Below the pieces are notes generated by a model that saw only the letters and a list, made by a program, of their open reading frames with translations, made no database searches and was not told the DNA's origin. From Patescibacteria group bacterium (GTDB lineage Bacteria > Patescibacteriota > UBA1384 > JBBRAU01), in contig JBBRAU010000001.1 of assembly GCA_038206475.1 (NCBI GenBank), forward strand, positions 3,317 to 67,316: a stretch of 64,000 nucleotides of DNA. Direction: 5' to 3'. Made by a program: the position numbers and the translations under genes. The first letter of the stretch is position 1. Every line of letters begins with the position of its first letter. Shown piece after piece: positions 1 to 8,642 of this stretch.

Positions 1-208
1 CGGTCAACACGTCAATTGGCTGACGCTTCTCAAACAGGCGGGTGATGGCTTCAAAGATCAGCTGGTGATCGGGGCGGTAGAAATCCTCCGGATTGACCAC
101 TTCGGCGATTTTAATAATCGCTTCGCCGTCCAGCATCAGCGCACCAATAACCGAGGTCTCAGCCTCGACGTTTTGCGGCGGAATCCTCACCGCAGCCTGT
201 GGCAGCAT
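1..208 (-). CDS. dnaB: Replicative DNA helicase DnaB, N-terminus (runs off window edge)
   Basis: Manual translation from ATG at 208: MLPQAAVRIPPQNVEAETSVIGALMLDGEAIIKIAEVVNPEDFYRPDHQLIFEAI, the typical DnaB N-terminal motif. Not in the ORF track. Confidence 0.9.
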   Translation of the reverse strand, partial: MLPQAAVRIPPQNVEAETSVIGALMLDGEAIIKIAEVVNPEDFYRPDHQLIFEAITRLFEKRQPIDVLT

Positions 209-402
209 CGTCACCACCGTGCTCGAACCACCGTCTCGCCGCCCATCACGATTCGACCGCACGGGGGACCCTTCTTTAGCCACAGCTCTCCTCACCCTTT
301 TTTATTGTCTGCACCTAGTCTAACAAACCGGTCAAGTGCCGATTTATCAACACGCTAGCGTCTGCGCTTTCCCCACCCTATCCCCAGCTTGTCCCCAATG
401 CA

Positions 403-2001
403 TCAACCAAGCGGTTGGCCGCCAAGGACGTCGTTGACTAGTTGATCAATATCTTCTTCAGCCGTGTTCGTATCAGCAGGTGCAACGACCGTGGCTTGAT
501 CAGCCAAGACCACCGTAACCAGGGTTGGACGGCCAAGCAGTGATGCCAGTGCCTCCTCAATAATCTGCCGGTTCTCGGCCTGGGCCAGTTTTTTCTGATG
601 AAAGCTGAATCTGACGATCAATTGCAGTTTACCATCCCGATCAGTGCCCGGATTAGCCTCACGCATGAGGGCCGCGACAGAGGTGTTTTTGGCCCGCAGT
701 AGTTCGAGTAAGGCAGGCCACTTGCTGGCCAGATCACCCGCTGGCGCGGCGACTGGCGGTGTGGTTGGAACATCATTGGCCAGGTTGGAAGCTCTGACTG
801 GTTCTTCAACAGACGCGACTTGAGGTACTACCGCTGTTTGCGCTATATCTGGCGGCCGCGGCACGGCGGCCACAGTTGGTCGCGGCGTGAGTTGCGGTCG
901 TGCAGGCGTTTCATTCGGTTGATGCAGTTTTAAGAGCAGCAACTCCAGCGGCAAAAATGGCAGCGGCGACTGTTTAATTTGGTTGCCAAGGTCGAGAATC
1001 TCGCGCAAGCCTTGTAGCAACACTGGCGCCGACCATGGCTTGGCCAGTGCCTGCAGCTGCTCAGCCTCTGCCGCAGTTACATTGAGAATGGTAGCGTTGA
1101 GCGTCGATTGGTAGTGCAGATGAAGCATGGCCTGCCAAAACAGCAGCAGTAACCGACCCACCTCCGGCGCCTGGGCTCCAGACGTCTCGAGTGCTCGCAG
1201 CCGCTGCAGCATCAGGCTGACGTCGCCGTCTGACAGTGCTTGAAGCACGCTAATGACCGCTTGGCGGTCGGGCAAACCGAGTGCCGCCGTAATGCCAGCC
1301 GCTGTCAGCGCGCCCGTTTGTTGATAAATCAAGGCCTGCTCCAACAGCGAGGCCGCGTCGCGGTGGCCGCCTGAGGCCTGCAACGCCAACAACTCAACCG
1401 CCGCCGGCTCAGCCACGCGTTGTTCACCGGCCAAAATGCGTTCCAAGCCAGCGACCGTTTCGGTCACATCAGCCGGGCGCAGATCGAAACGCTGGCAGCG
1501 CGATATAATCGTCGCCGGTACTTTGCTTACCTCGGTGGTCGCCAAAATAAACACGACGTGCGCTGGCGGCTCCTCAAGCGTCTTGAGGAGCGCATTCCAA
1601 GCCTCTTTGGTCAGCATGTGCACTTCGTCAATAATAAAGACCCGCCGCTTGCCCTGGCTGGGCTGCAGCGCCACCGTCTCTTTGAGAGCACGAATTTCGT
1701 CAATGCCACGGTTAGACGCAGCGTCAATTTCCAGCACATCTAAGTGATTGCCGGCCACCACGGCCAGGCAACTGTCGCAGGTCAAACAGGGCTCGCCGGT
1801 TTGAGCGTCAAAATTGCTGCAGTTGAGCGAAATAGCAATCAGTCGAGCGAGCGTCGTTTTGCCGATGCCGCGCGGACCAACAAACAGGTAGCTGCCGGCT
1901 GGTTTGCCTTCTTTTAGTCCCTGCTGGATGGTTTGCTTGGCGGCCGTGTGGCCAACCACATCAGCAAAGCGCTGCGGCCGGTACTGCCGGTAGAGCGCCA
2001 T
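403..2001 (-). CDS. dnaX: DNA polymerase III subunit gamma/tau
   Basis: ALYRQYRP, Walker A GPRGIGKTT, Zn cysteines, IIDEVHML, SRC motif; SD GGAGG upstream. Confidence 0.97.
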   Translation of the reverse strand: MALYRQYRPQRFADVVGHTAAKQTIQQGLKEGKPAGSYLFVGPRGIGKTTLARLIAISLNCSNFDAQTGEPCLTCDSCLAVVAGNHLDVLEIDAASNRGIDEIRALKETVALQPSQGKRRVFIIDEVHMLTKEAWNALLKTLEEPPAHVVFILATTEVSKVPATIISRCQRFDLRPADVTETVAGLERILAGEQRVAEPAAVELLALQASGGHRDAASLLEQALIYQQTGALTAAGITAALGLPDRQAVISVLQALSDGDVSLMLQRLRALETSGAQAPEVGRLLLLFWQAMLHLHYQSTLNATILNVTAAEAEQLQALAKPWSAPVLLQGLREILDLGNQIKQSPLPFLPLELLLLKLHQPNETPARPQLTPRPTVAAVPRPPDIAQTAVVPQVASVEEPVRASNLANDVPTTPPVAAPAGDLASKWPALLELLRAKNTSVAALMREANPGTDRDGKLQLIVRFSFHQKKLAQAENRQIIEEALASLLGRPTLVTVVLADQATVVAPADTNTAEEDIDQLVNDVLGGQPLG

Positions 2002-2127
2002 AAAACCTCCCTTACCTCTCGTGTGGCGTATCGAGCTGGCGTGAGGGCGCCAAGTTGATATGTCTTGACCCTACCCGTCGCTCTGGCGGCTGACAAGGCC
2101 AACAACTAACTCTGATATACTTAGGTC

Positions 2128-3300
2128 ATGAATGAGGAGCGGGCAGAGCATCAGGCGCTAGACCGGGCAATTGTTGATGCCGTCTTTTTGACCCTCCAAA
2201 ACAGCGGGCAGGCCGAACTGCCGTTTCTCGGCCGCTTCACATTAACCGAGAGGAGTTTGCGGTTTACACCTAACTCTCGGCTCGTAACTCGTCTGCCAGA
2301 GCCGCATCGTCACAGCCAGCCCGCGGTGGTCCTGCCGCTACTGGCCCAGTTGCTAGCTGAATTGAGCTCGATTGAGGCCGTGGAGGTGCTCGTAGAACCG
2401 ACACGAGTTCGTCTGATTGGCGAGTCGGGATCCCAGACTTTGGCGATCTATCCTGAACGCTTAGGAGAGCTTCTTATAGCCACGCTGCTATCACCGGCCG
2501 GCCAGCAGCTTAGTCGTCAAGCCGGTCTCAAGCTATCCTGGCAAGCTTGGCCCGCCCATCGGCCGCAGCTGCTGACCGCCAGCCTGCCGGCTGGGCAGCC
2601 AACAAGCTACGACCTGCTGCCAACCGGACAGCAGCTCTGGCGCCAGCTTGAACCGACGCTCAGCCAAAGTTTGGTAATCATCAGCGGCCCGGCGCCAGCC
2701 CGCCAGGCCGCTAAACGACTGGTGACCGACATCTACCGCAAGCGCGGTTTCGCCCCTCGCCAGCTCAGTTACCAAGAGCCCGAGCTACACCTCTTAGATC
2801 ACGCTGGCAGCGACGGACAGCTGCTGCTTTGGCCTGGCAGTCTCAGCCCGGCAGAGCTGCCGATTATCGCTCGCCTGCAGCAGGCCAATCGACCACTTTT
2901 GGCCGAGAGCCGACCAGTCCGAGACGGCCACTGGCAGCGCCTCTGGCAACGTTTGCCGGAGCTGGCGCGGCTGCGCCAGCAAGTTCCGCTCACCACCCTT
3001 CAGGTCGAACTGCTGCCAAAACAGTGCACCGAATGTAGTCACCCAGATCACCTGGTCAGCCGCAAATTGCTCGACGCCATTCAGGCAATGCCGCCCGGTC
3101 TCAGCGAGCGCTTCCGGCTTGACCGGCCGCAACTCAAGCGCAATCGCGGCTGCCAGACCTGCGCCGCTCGGCCCAATAACTGGTTGGCTGTTTCGGTCAC
3201 TTCGACATTGCCAGCTGCAGAACCGTGGCTCAGCCTGCCGCACCAGCGTTTAATCGCTATCTGCCACGGCCAGGTGCCCAGCTCAGCGTATAGTTCATGA
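2128..3300 (+). CDS. Degenerate PilB/GspE-like protein with an N-terminal HU/IHF-like segment
   Basis: Remnant Walker A (LVIISGPAPARQAA, no GKT); tetracysteine LLPKQCTEC...RGCQTC as in PilB; N-terminal AELPFLGRF...RFTP resembles HU. Confidence 0.55.
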   Translation: MNEERAEHQALDRAIVDAVFLTLQNSGQAELPFLGRFTLTERSLRFTPNSRLVTRLPEPHRHSQPAVVLPLLAQLLAELSSIEAVEVLVEPTRVRLIGESGSQTLAIYPERLGELLIATLLSPAGQQLSRQAGLKLSWQAWPAHRPQLLTASLPAGQPTSYDLLPTGQQLWRQLEPTLSQSLVIISGPAPARQAAKRLVTDIYRKRGFAPRQLSYQEPELHLLDHAGSDGQLLLWPGSLSPAELPIIARLQQANRPLLAESRPVRDGHWQRLWQRLPELARLRQQVPLTTLQVELLPKQCTECSHPDHLVSRKLLDAIQAMPPGLSERFRLDRPQLKRNRGCQTCAARPNNWLAVSVTSTLPAAEPWLSLPHQRLIAICHGQVPSSAYSS

Positions 3301-3302
3301 TA

Positions 3303-3330
3303 ATTTAACATACCGCGTTAAATACGGTCA
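3303..3330 (-). other. Candidate dif-like Xer recombination site
   Basis: Minus strand TGACCGTATTT-AACGCG-GTATGTTAAAT; the right arm matches the XerD box TTATGTTAAAT at 10/11; intergenic between convergent genes. Confidence 0.4.
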
Positions 3331-3402
3331 CACCGTCGGATCATTTTATGGCTTAGGCGCCAATTTTAAAGTAAGAACCTGTCACTTCGTGCCAGAACCT
3401 TT

Positions 3403-4515
3403 TTACGCGCTCACGCGGTAATAGACGACGTCGTCCGGCCGCATGACGTAGTCGCGGCCTTCAAGGCGCACCTTACCCGCCGTCCGAGCCCCGGACCAGC
3501 CGCCGAGCGCAATAAAATCAGCGTAAGCCGTCACTTCAGCCTTAACAAATTTCTTTTTAAAATCGGTGTGAATTTCGGCCGCGGCATCTTCAGCCGTTGT
3601 GCCGGCGGCAATCGTCCAAGCCCGCGCCTCAAGCTCTCCGGCCGTATAAAAGGATTGCAAACCAAGCAAGCGGTAGGCCGCCTGGATCAGACGATCCAGC
3701 CCTGACCGTTTCAGACCGAGCATACTCAGATACTCCGGCTGCTCGGCTGCTGGTAAACTGGCCAGCTCAGCCTCCACCTTGGCCGACAGCGGCAGTAGCG
3801 TTTCCGCCGTCAGCCCACCTTCGGCTAGATGACTGGCGACCAGCACCTGCTCGGCCGACTCCCCCGCCTGCTCTTCACCAACATTGGCCACATAGAGCAT
3901 TTGTTTGGCGGTCAGTAGCTGCAGCTCGCGTCGATACGGTTCTTCCTCTGGCTCCAAATCAACCGACCGGACTGGCCGTTCAGCTAAAACGGCCTCTGCC
4001 AGTTTGTGGTAGACCGTTGCCCGCGCGACTGCCTCCTTGCTCGCCCCCGCCCCCTTCAAGGCGCTATCGGCCCGCTGGACGGCTTTCTCGAGGCTCTGCA
4101 TATCGGCCAACAGCAGCTCCAGGCCAATCGTCGCTACATCATCAACCGGGTTTGGTGCCCCGGATACGTGGATGACGTTTGGGTCGGCAAACACCCTCAC
4201 CACTTGGGCAATGGCGGCACACTCGCGGATATGGCTCAAAAAGGCATTGCCCAGTCCCTCGCCTTTGTGCGCACCAGCCACCAGGCCGGCAATATCAATA
4301 AAAGTGACAGTGGCTGGCACGATCCGACCAGACTTGGCCACGCGCGCCAGCTCGGTCAGTTTGTCGTCCGGCACCGCCACCACGCCGGTGTTTGGCTCAA
4401 TCGTGCAGAACGGAAAATTGGCCGCTTCGGCCTGGGCGGTTTTGACGAGCGCATTAAATAACGTCGATTTCCCGACGTTCGGCAGCCCGACCAGACCAAT
4501 AGAGACAGTTGACAT
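3403..4515 (-). CDS. ychF: Redox-regulated ATPase YchF
   Basis: GLVGLPNVGKSTLFNAL, ANFPFCTIEPN, DIAGLV, TGS-like C-terminus. Confidence 0.97.
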   Translation of the reverse strand: MSTVSIGLVGLPNVGKSTLFNALVKTAQAEAANFPFCTIEPNTGVVAVPDDKLTELARVAKSGRIVPATVTFIDIAGLVAGAHKGEGLGNAFLSHIRECAAIAQVVRVFADPNVIHVSGAPNPVDDVATIGLELLLADMQSLEKAVQRADSALKGAGASKEAVARATVYHKLAEAVLAERPVRSVDLEPEEEPYRRELQLLTAKQMLYVANVGEEQAGESAEQVLVASHLAEGGLTAETLLPLSAKVEAELASLPAAEQPEYLSMLGLKRSGLDRLIQAAYRLLGLQSFYTAGELEARAWTIAAGTTAEDAAAEIHTDFKKKFVKAEVTAYADFIALGGWSGARTAGKVRLEGRDYVMRPDDVVYYRVSA

Positions 4516-4554
4516 GACCTATTTTTAACAGATTTCAAGCCACGGGTCGACTGG

Positions 4555-5472
4555 CTACGCCTTCTGTGGACGGTCGAGGCCGACGTGGACTTGGCTGGCG
4601 GCCGGTACTTTAGCTTTGACCGCGGTTTGAATACGGCGGATGACGCCTTCGATTGTGCGGGTAGACAGGCATGTGGCAAGTGTAATTTCGACATCGATCA
4701 AAATTTGCTCAGGGCCAAGGTACATGGTTTGCAGGTCAACGATATCTTTTACTTCTGGCACACTCAGCACGGCCCGGCGAATCTCGGTCAGCGCCGTACT
4801 ACCCGCGGCGCGGCCGATCAGTAGCTCTTTCACCTCAACCGCCAGCAGCCAAGCCAAGGTGGCGATGGTCAAGCCAATCACAATGGCGCCGAAGCCATCG
4901 TAGCGGACATTGCCGGTCATGAGCGTCGCCAACAGCGCGATCAGGCCAAAAGTAGCCGAGACAGTGCCCATCAAATCAAGCACCAGGGTGACTTTGGTTT
5001 CAATGTACGGCGAGCGGGTGATGGCCTCAGTCAGCTTCAGCTCTGGCGACGGCGCGTGCAGCCGCCGCAAACTGAGTGACAAGGCATAACTGTTACTGAC
5101 AAGGCCAACCAATACAACCGCTAGTGCCAGCGGGATACTCTGCAGCGGTACGGGATGCAGCAAATGCTGTAGGCCGCTCCAGACGGACATGGTGGCGCTG
5201 CCGGCCAACATGACCAATGTCGAAATGAGCGTCCAAAAGTACAGTTCGCGGCCGCGGCCGTAAGGGTATTTGCGTCCGCCTGGACGCTTGGCTTGGCGCA
5301 GACCAATAAGGAGTAAACCAGTGGCCAAAAGGTCGCTTGCTCCCTGCAAGCTCTCGGCCAACATAACAGCACTGCTGGACAGGATAGCCACGGCCAAATT
5401 GAGCACTACATCCAAAAAATCCACCGCAAAGGAGGCGAGAACAACGCGGTGAGCACTGAGCGGTTTAGCCAT
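4555..5472 (-). CDS. Cation diffusion facilitator family transporter
   Basis: Six TM helices, YPYGRGRE motif, C-terminal dimerisation domain; start uncertain (5472 or 5499). Confidence 0.88.
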   Translation of the reverse strand: MAKPLSAHRVVLASFAVDFLDVVLNLAVAILSSSAVMLAESLQGASDLLATGLLLIGLRQAKRPGGRKYPYGRGRELYFWTLISTLVMLAGSATMSVWSGLQHLLHPVPLQSIPLALAVVLVGLVSNSYALSLSLRRLHAPSPELKLTEAITRSPYIETKVTLVLDLMGTVSATFGLIALLATLMTGNVRYDGFGAIVIGLTIATLAWLLAVEVKELLIGRAAGSTALTEIRRAVLSVPEVKDIVDLQTMYLGPEQILIDVEITLATCLSTRTIEGVIRRIQTAVKAKVPAASQVHVGLDRPQKA

Positions 5473-5590
5473 TTCCTTTAGTCTAGCAGCCTTCCGCACC
5501 TTGCGTTACTCTCCATTTTTTGATAAAGTTTACCCTTGTATTTGCACCAAGCCGTCACTTATCGTCTTTTATTTTGGCCGGAGGGCTGAA

Positions 5591-5734
5591 ATGTTCGCGA
5601 GCGTCTTTCCCGTTCTGTTCTGCGCCTCGCTCATCACCTGTCTCGTCGCCATACTGAGCCGTCATGGCAACGCCCAGAGCATTCAGCCAGAAGAGCCAAC
5701 ACCCAGCACAATGCGAAAAATCAACACGAATTGA
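5591..5734 (+). CDS. Small single-TM hypothetical protein (47 aa)
   Basis: SD-like GGAGGG before the ATG; hydrophobic N-terminal half; terminator at 5740-5767. Confidence 0.5.
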   Translation: MFASVFPVLFCASLITCLVAILSRHGNAQSIQPEEPTPSTMRKINTN

Positions 5735-5739
5735 CATCG

Positions 5740-5767
5740 ACCGGGCAGCTCCATCGCCCGGTTTTTC
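5740..5767 (+). terminator. Intrinsic terminator
   Basis: ACCGGGC...GCCCGGT followed by a T-run. Confidence 0.75.
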
Positions 5768-5911
5768 TATAGCAGCCTTTGTAGAACCCCGAGCAGTGGC
5801 TCGATGGCAACATCGAGGCTAATAAAAACTAGCCTCCTGTGCAAATAGAGCAGGCTCCCAGTGCAAGGTAGGGGGAAGTTCAGGGCATATTATCATGATT
5901 AGTATGAGAAC

Positions 5912-5940
5912 TTGACAAACTTACTTGTCAAGAGTATACT
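5912..5940 (+). promoter_or_regulatory. Sigma70 promoter overlapped by an 8-bp inverted repeat
   Basis: TTGACA-17-TATACT; CTTGACAA-N6-TTGTCAAG at 5911-5932. Confidence 0.75.
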
Positions 5941-5972
5941 AATATAATCGTCTGTAAGGAGGGCGAGAAGAG

Positions 5973-6194
5973 ATGGCACATGCCACCGTACATATCAAAA
6001 CCAAATACATTCCGGACCCCATGGTTCCGATTGTCCACGCCGCACATGTTGTCGGTGAAGGCAAAATCGAGTCTATTAAAAAATTTTTGAAAGCTGACGG
6101 CCAAGCCGAAGATCCCACCGGCAGCCGACTTGAGCGTATGCGTATGGAACGTGCCCTGCGCGCCTTGTATCCAAAAGGGAGGGCACCAGTGTAA
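5973..6194 (+). CDS. Hypothetical protein (73 aa)
   Basis: Own promoter, SD AAGGAGG and terminator. Confidence 0.7.
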   Translation: MAHATVHIKTKYIPDPMVPIVHAAHVVGEGKIESIKKFLKADGQAEDPTGSRLERMRMERALRALYPKGRAPV

Positions 6195-6206
6195 TACGCA
6201 CTTAAG

Positions 6207-6235
6207 AAAAGCGGACGAGCAATCGTCCGCTTTTT
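6207..6235. terminator. Bidirectional intrinsic terminator
   Basis: AAAA-GCGGACGA-GCAA-TCGTCCGC-TTTTT between convergent ORFs. Confidence 0.85.
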
Positions 6236-6238
6236 GGA

Positions 6239-6382
6239 TTACGGCAGAGCGCGAAGAGAAAAACGCTCAGCCAGCTGGGAGTAGTCGTGGCGGATGAGCA
6301 GGATTATCACCGCAATCAGCACGGCCATGAGCACGCAGAACAGTAACGCAAATCTTACTATAGTCTTCTCGTTTAGTTCCAT
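6239..6382 (-). CDS. Small single-TM hypothetical protein (47 aa)
   Basis: Manual translation MELNEKTIVRFALLFCVLMAVLIAVIILLIRHDYSQLAERFSLRALP; SD GGAGGTG; TACAAT upstream. Confidence 0.65.
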   Translation of the reverse strand: MELNEKTIVRFALLFCVLMAVLIAVIILLIRHDYSQLAERFSLRALP

Positions 6383-6464
6383 CGCCACCTCCAAAAAGAA
6401 CAATGTGGCCCGATCGGACCGGTGACTTAGTGCGAAGATAATTGTAGCAAATCGTCAGGCGCAA

Positions 6465-7442
6465 TCAATCTTCAGTTGTCTCACCCGGTTTATTATCCGG
6501 TTCGTCCGCTGCGCTTTTTCGCCTGCGATGAAAGGCCTGGTGCACCTCTTTCAAGTGTTGGTTGGTTAAGTGAGTGTAGACCTGTGTGGTCGTGACCGAG
6601 GAATGGCCGAGCATCTCTTGCACGCTGCGCAGGTCTGCGCCGTTTACGAGCAAGTCAGTGGCCATCGAATGGCGCAGGGCATGGGGAAAAACGCGCTTCG
6701 TAATGCCGGCCTGCTGCGCCGCTTGGTCAACGATGCGCTCAATGGCGCGCACTGACAAGCCGCCCGACTGGTCTATTTCCAATGCCGGGCCGGTTTTGGT
6801 GTGACGAATAAACAACGCGGGGTCGTCGTCCTGACGAGCAGACAAGTACCGGCCGAGGTGAAACGCGGCGTCCTGGGATAAGAAGACAATGCGCTCTTTT
6901 TTGCCTTTGCCAATGACGCTGAACTCGCCGCGTTCCAGGTTTATATTTTTGCTCCCCAACCTGGCCAACTCTGATACGCGCAGGCCGGTTGAATAGAGCA
7001 TCTCCAAAATAGCGCGGTTCCTAAGGCTCGCTATACCGTCGCCGCCGTAGGCGTGCATCAACTGTTCAACTTCATCATTTTCCAAAAACTGGATTTGTCG
7101 CGGTTCGGCTTTACCCAGGTCCAGCTGGTCAGGGGCCAACACCGTTCGGCCGCGCTTGACCAGGTAGCGCAAGAAGGTTCGAATGGCGATGACGTGGTAG
7201 TTTTGCGTTACTTTTTTTAGCGGTTCACCTTGCTCGTCACGGTAGCGGTTTAGCCACACGCGAAAACCGGTCACGAGCTCCTCGGTGATAGCCTCGACGC
7301 TACCGACCCCTTTAGCCTCAACAAAATCAAGAAAGCGGTGTAGGTAGTGGCGGTAATTGCGGATGGTTAAATCAGATTTTTGCTCGGCCACCTCTAAGTA
7401 GATGTAAAAGTCGTCGAGGTCTTTTTTGATGCCGCTGCTCAT
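6465..7442 (-). CDS. XerC/XerD-family tyrosine recombinase
   Basis: LYSTGLRVSEL, GKGKKER, PHALRHS, LGHSS..TTQVY catalytic residues. Confidence 0.95.
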   Translation of the reverse strand: MSSGIKKDLDDFYIYLEVAEQKSDLTIRNYRHYLHRFLDFVEAKGVGSVEAITEELVTGFRVWLNRYRDEQGEPLKKVTQNYHVIAIRTFLRYLVKRGRTVLAPDQLDLGKAEPRQIQFLENDEVEQLMHAYGGDGIASLRNRAILEMLYSTGLRVSELARLGSKNINLERGEFSVIGKGKKERIVFLSQDAAFHLGRYLSARQDDDPALFIRHTKTGPALEIDQSGGLSVRAIERIVDQAAQQAGITKRVFPHALRHSMATDLLVNGADLRSVQEMLGHSSVTTTQVYTHLTNQHLKEVHQAFHRRRKSAADEPDNKPGETTED

Positions 7443-7537
7443 ACCAACATTGTACGGCGTTTTTTAACTGGCCACCAGCACCCAATTGTTGTATAGTGCA
7501 ACGGCTTTGCGCCACCGACCTGAACAGGAGGATAGAC

Positions 7538-8014
7538 GTGATCCAAATCGAGCCAGACAAGATTCACGCCTTCGCCAAAGAGCTCGAGGCTGTCGTCACA
7601 GAAATGATGTGGTACTTCTCGGTCGCCAGATTTCATGCTCGCCCTGAGCATTGGTCTCGTCCTGCCGATGAGCCCGATGTGACGGAAATGTTCCGGCGAT
7701 TATTCCCAGCCAGCAACATCGACGGTCTCTATCGCGGACTGAACGGCAAATGGTACATTCATCACTATCACCCGACGAACAAGTGGGAAGAAGTCACCAT
7801 GCCGGCTCTCGTCTCACAGTTTGGAGCTGAGAAACTGGCGTTGAGCATCTTCAGCGAGCTCAGCCGTATCGAAGGGCCGGTGCGGATTGATGAGTTAGGC
7901 GCACTGCACGCACTTGAGAACAGGTTGCGCGCTGTCCTAATCGAAGCACAACGAGCCGACGCTCTGGCCAAGAAAGCCGCTGAAGCCGAACTGGCAAATC
8001 TTCCAACCGCCTAA
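7538..8014 (+). CDS. Hypothetical protein
   Basis: SD AGGAGG before GTG at 7538; terminator at about 8023-8049. Confidence 0.7.
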   Translation: MIQIEPDKIHAFAKELEAVVTEMMWYFSVARFHARPEHWSRPADEPDVTEMFRRLFPASNIDGLYRGLNGKWYIHHYHPTNKWEEVTMPALVSQFGAEKLALSIFSELSRIEGPVRIDELGALHALENRLRAVLIEAQRADALAKKAAEAELANLPTA

Positions 8015-8087
8015 CCCACACCGCCGGAGGCCTCACCTCCGGTTTTTTTGTATCGACGAGCAAGCGCTTCTGCTGTACTATTGAGTC

Positions 8088-8642
8088 ATGATCCCTTGGC
8101 AGCAGACGTTTGACCGCAGCGCCTCGCTTTACTTAAACACGCTGGCGCGTGACCAGTTTTGGTTCAGAGTTGCCACCATCTTCTTTGCCCGATACGCCAT
8201 TTTGTTTTTCTTGGTGGCCATTATGTACCTGTTCTGGAAGAAGAAAGTGCAAGCCGTCTTTGTGACGCTGATGGCCGTTGGCCTTGGCTTCTTTACCGAG
8301 TACCTCATCAGCATGTTTCGCAGCCGTCCGCGGCCGTTTCTGGTCCACACCGACATCTTGAAACTGGACCCGGTCTCCGGCACCATCAGCTCCTTCCCCA
8401 GCTCGCACGCCGTAATTGTTTTTGCCGTCGCCACGGCTATTTTGCTTTATGGCCACAAAAAGCTCGGCAGCGTCATGCTGGTGCTTGCCGTGTTGGTGTC
8501 TATTGCCCGCATTGCCGCCGGCGTCCACTATCCAAGCGACGTTGTGGTTGGCGCGATCCTCGGCGCCTTAATGGGCTACTTGAGCAAGTTATTTGTCGAA
8601 ATGGCGCTGGGCCACTCTGAAAGTCCGCGCGGGAGCCTGTAA
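8088..8642 (+). CDS. PAP2-family undecaprenyl-diphosphatase (BcrC-like)
   Basis: RPRP, SFPSSH, RIAAGVHYPSD motifs. Confidence 0.92.
   Translation: MIPWQQTFDRSASLYLNTLARDQFWFRVATIFFARYAILFFLVAIMYLFWKKKVQAVFVTLMAVGLGFFTEYLISMFRSRPRPFLVHTDILKLDPVSGTISSFPSSHAVIVFAVATAILLYGHKKLGSVMLVLAVLVSIARIAAGVHYPSDVVVGAILGALMGYLSKLFVEMALGHSESPRGSL

Noticed and set aside
585-600. dnaX programmed -1 frameshift at an A6 run
   Set aside because: It lies near the C-terminus rather than after domain III, and no clear stimulatory hairpin is visible.
2002-2105. SRP RNA upstream of dnaX
   Set aside because: The helix-8 motif (CAGG..GNRA..AGCAG) is absent.
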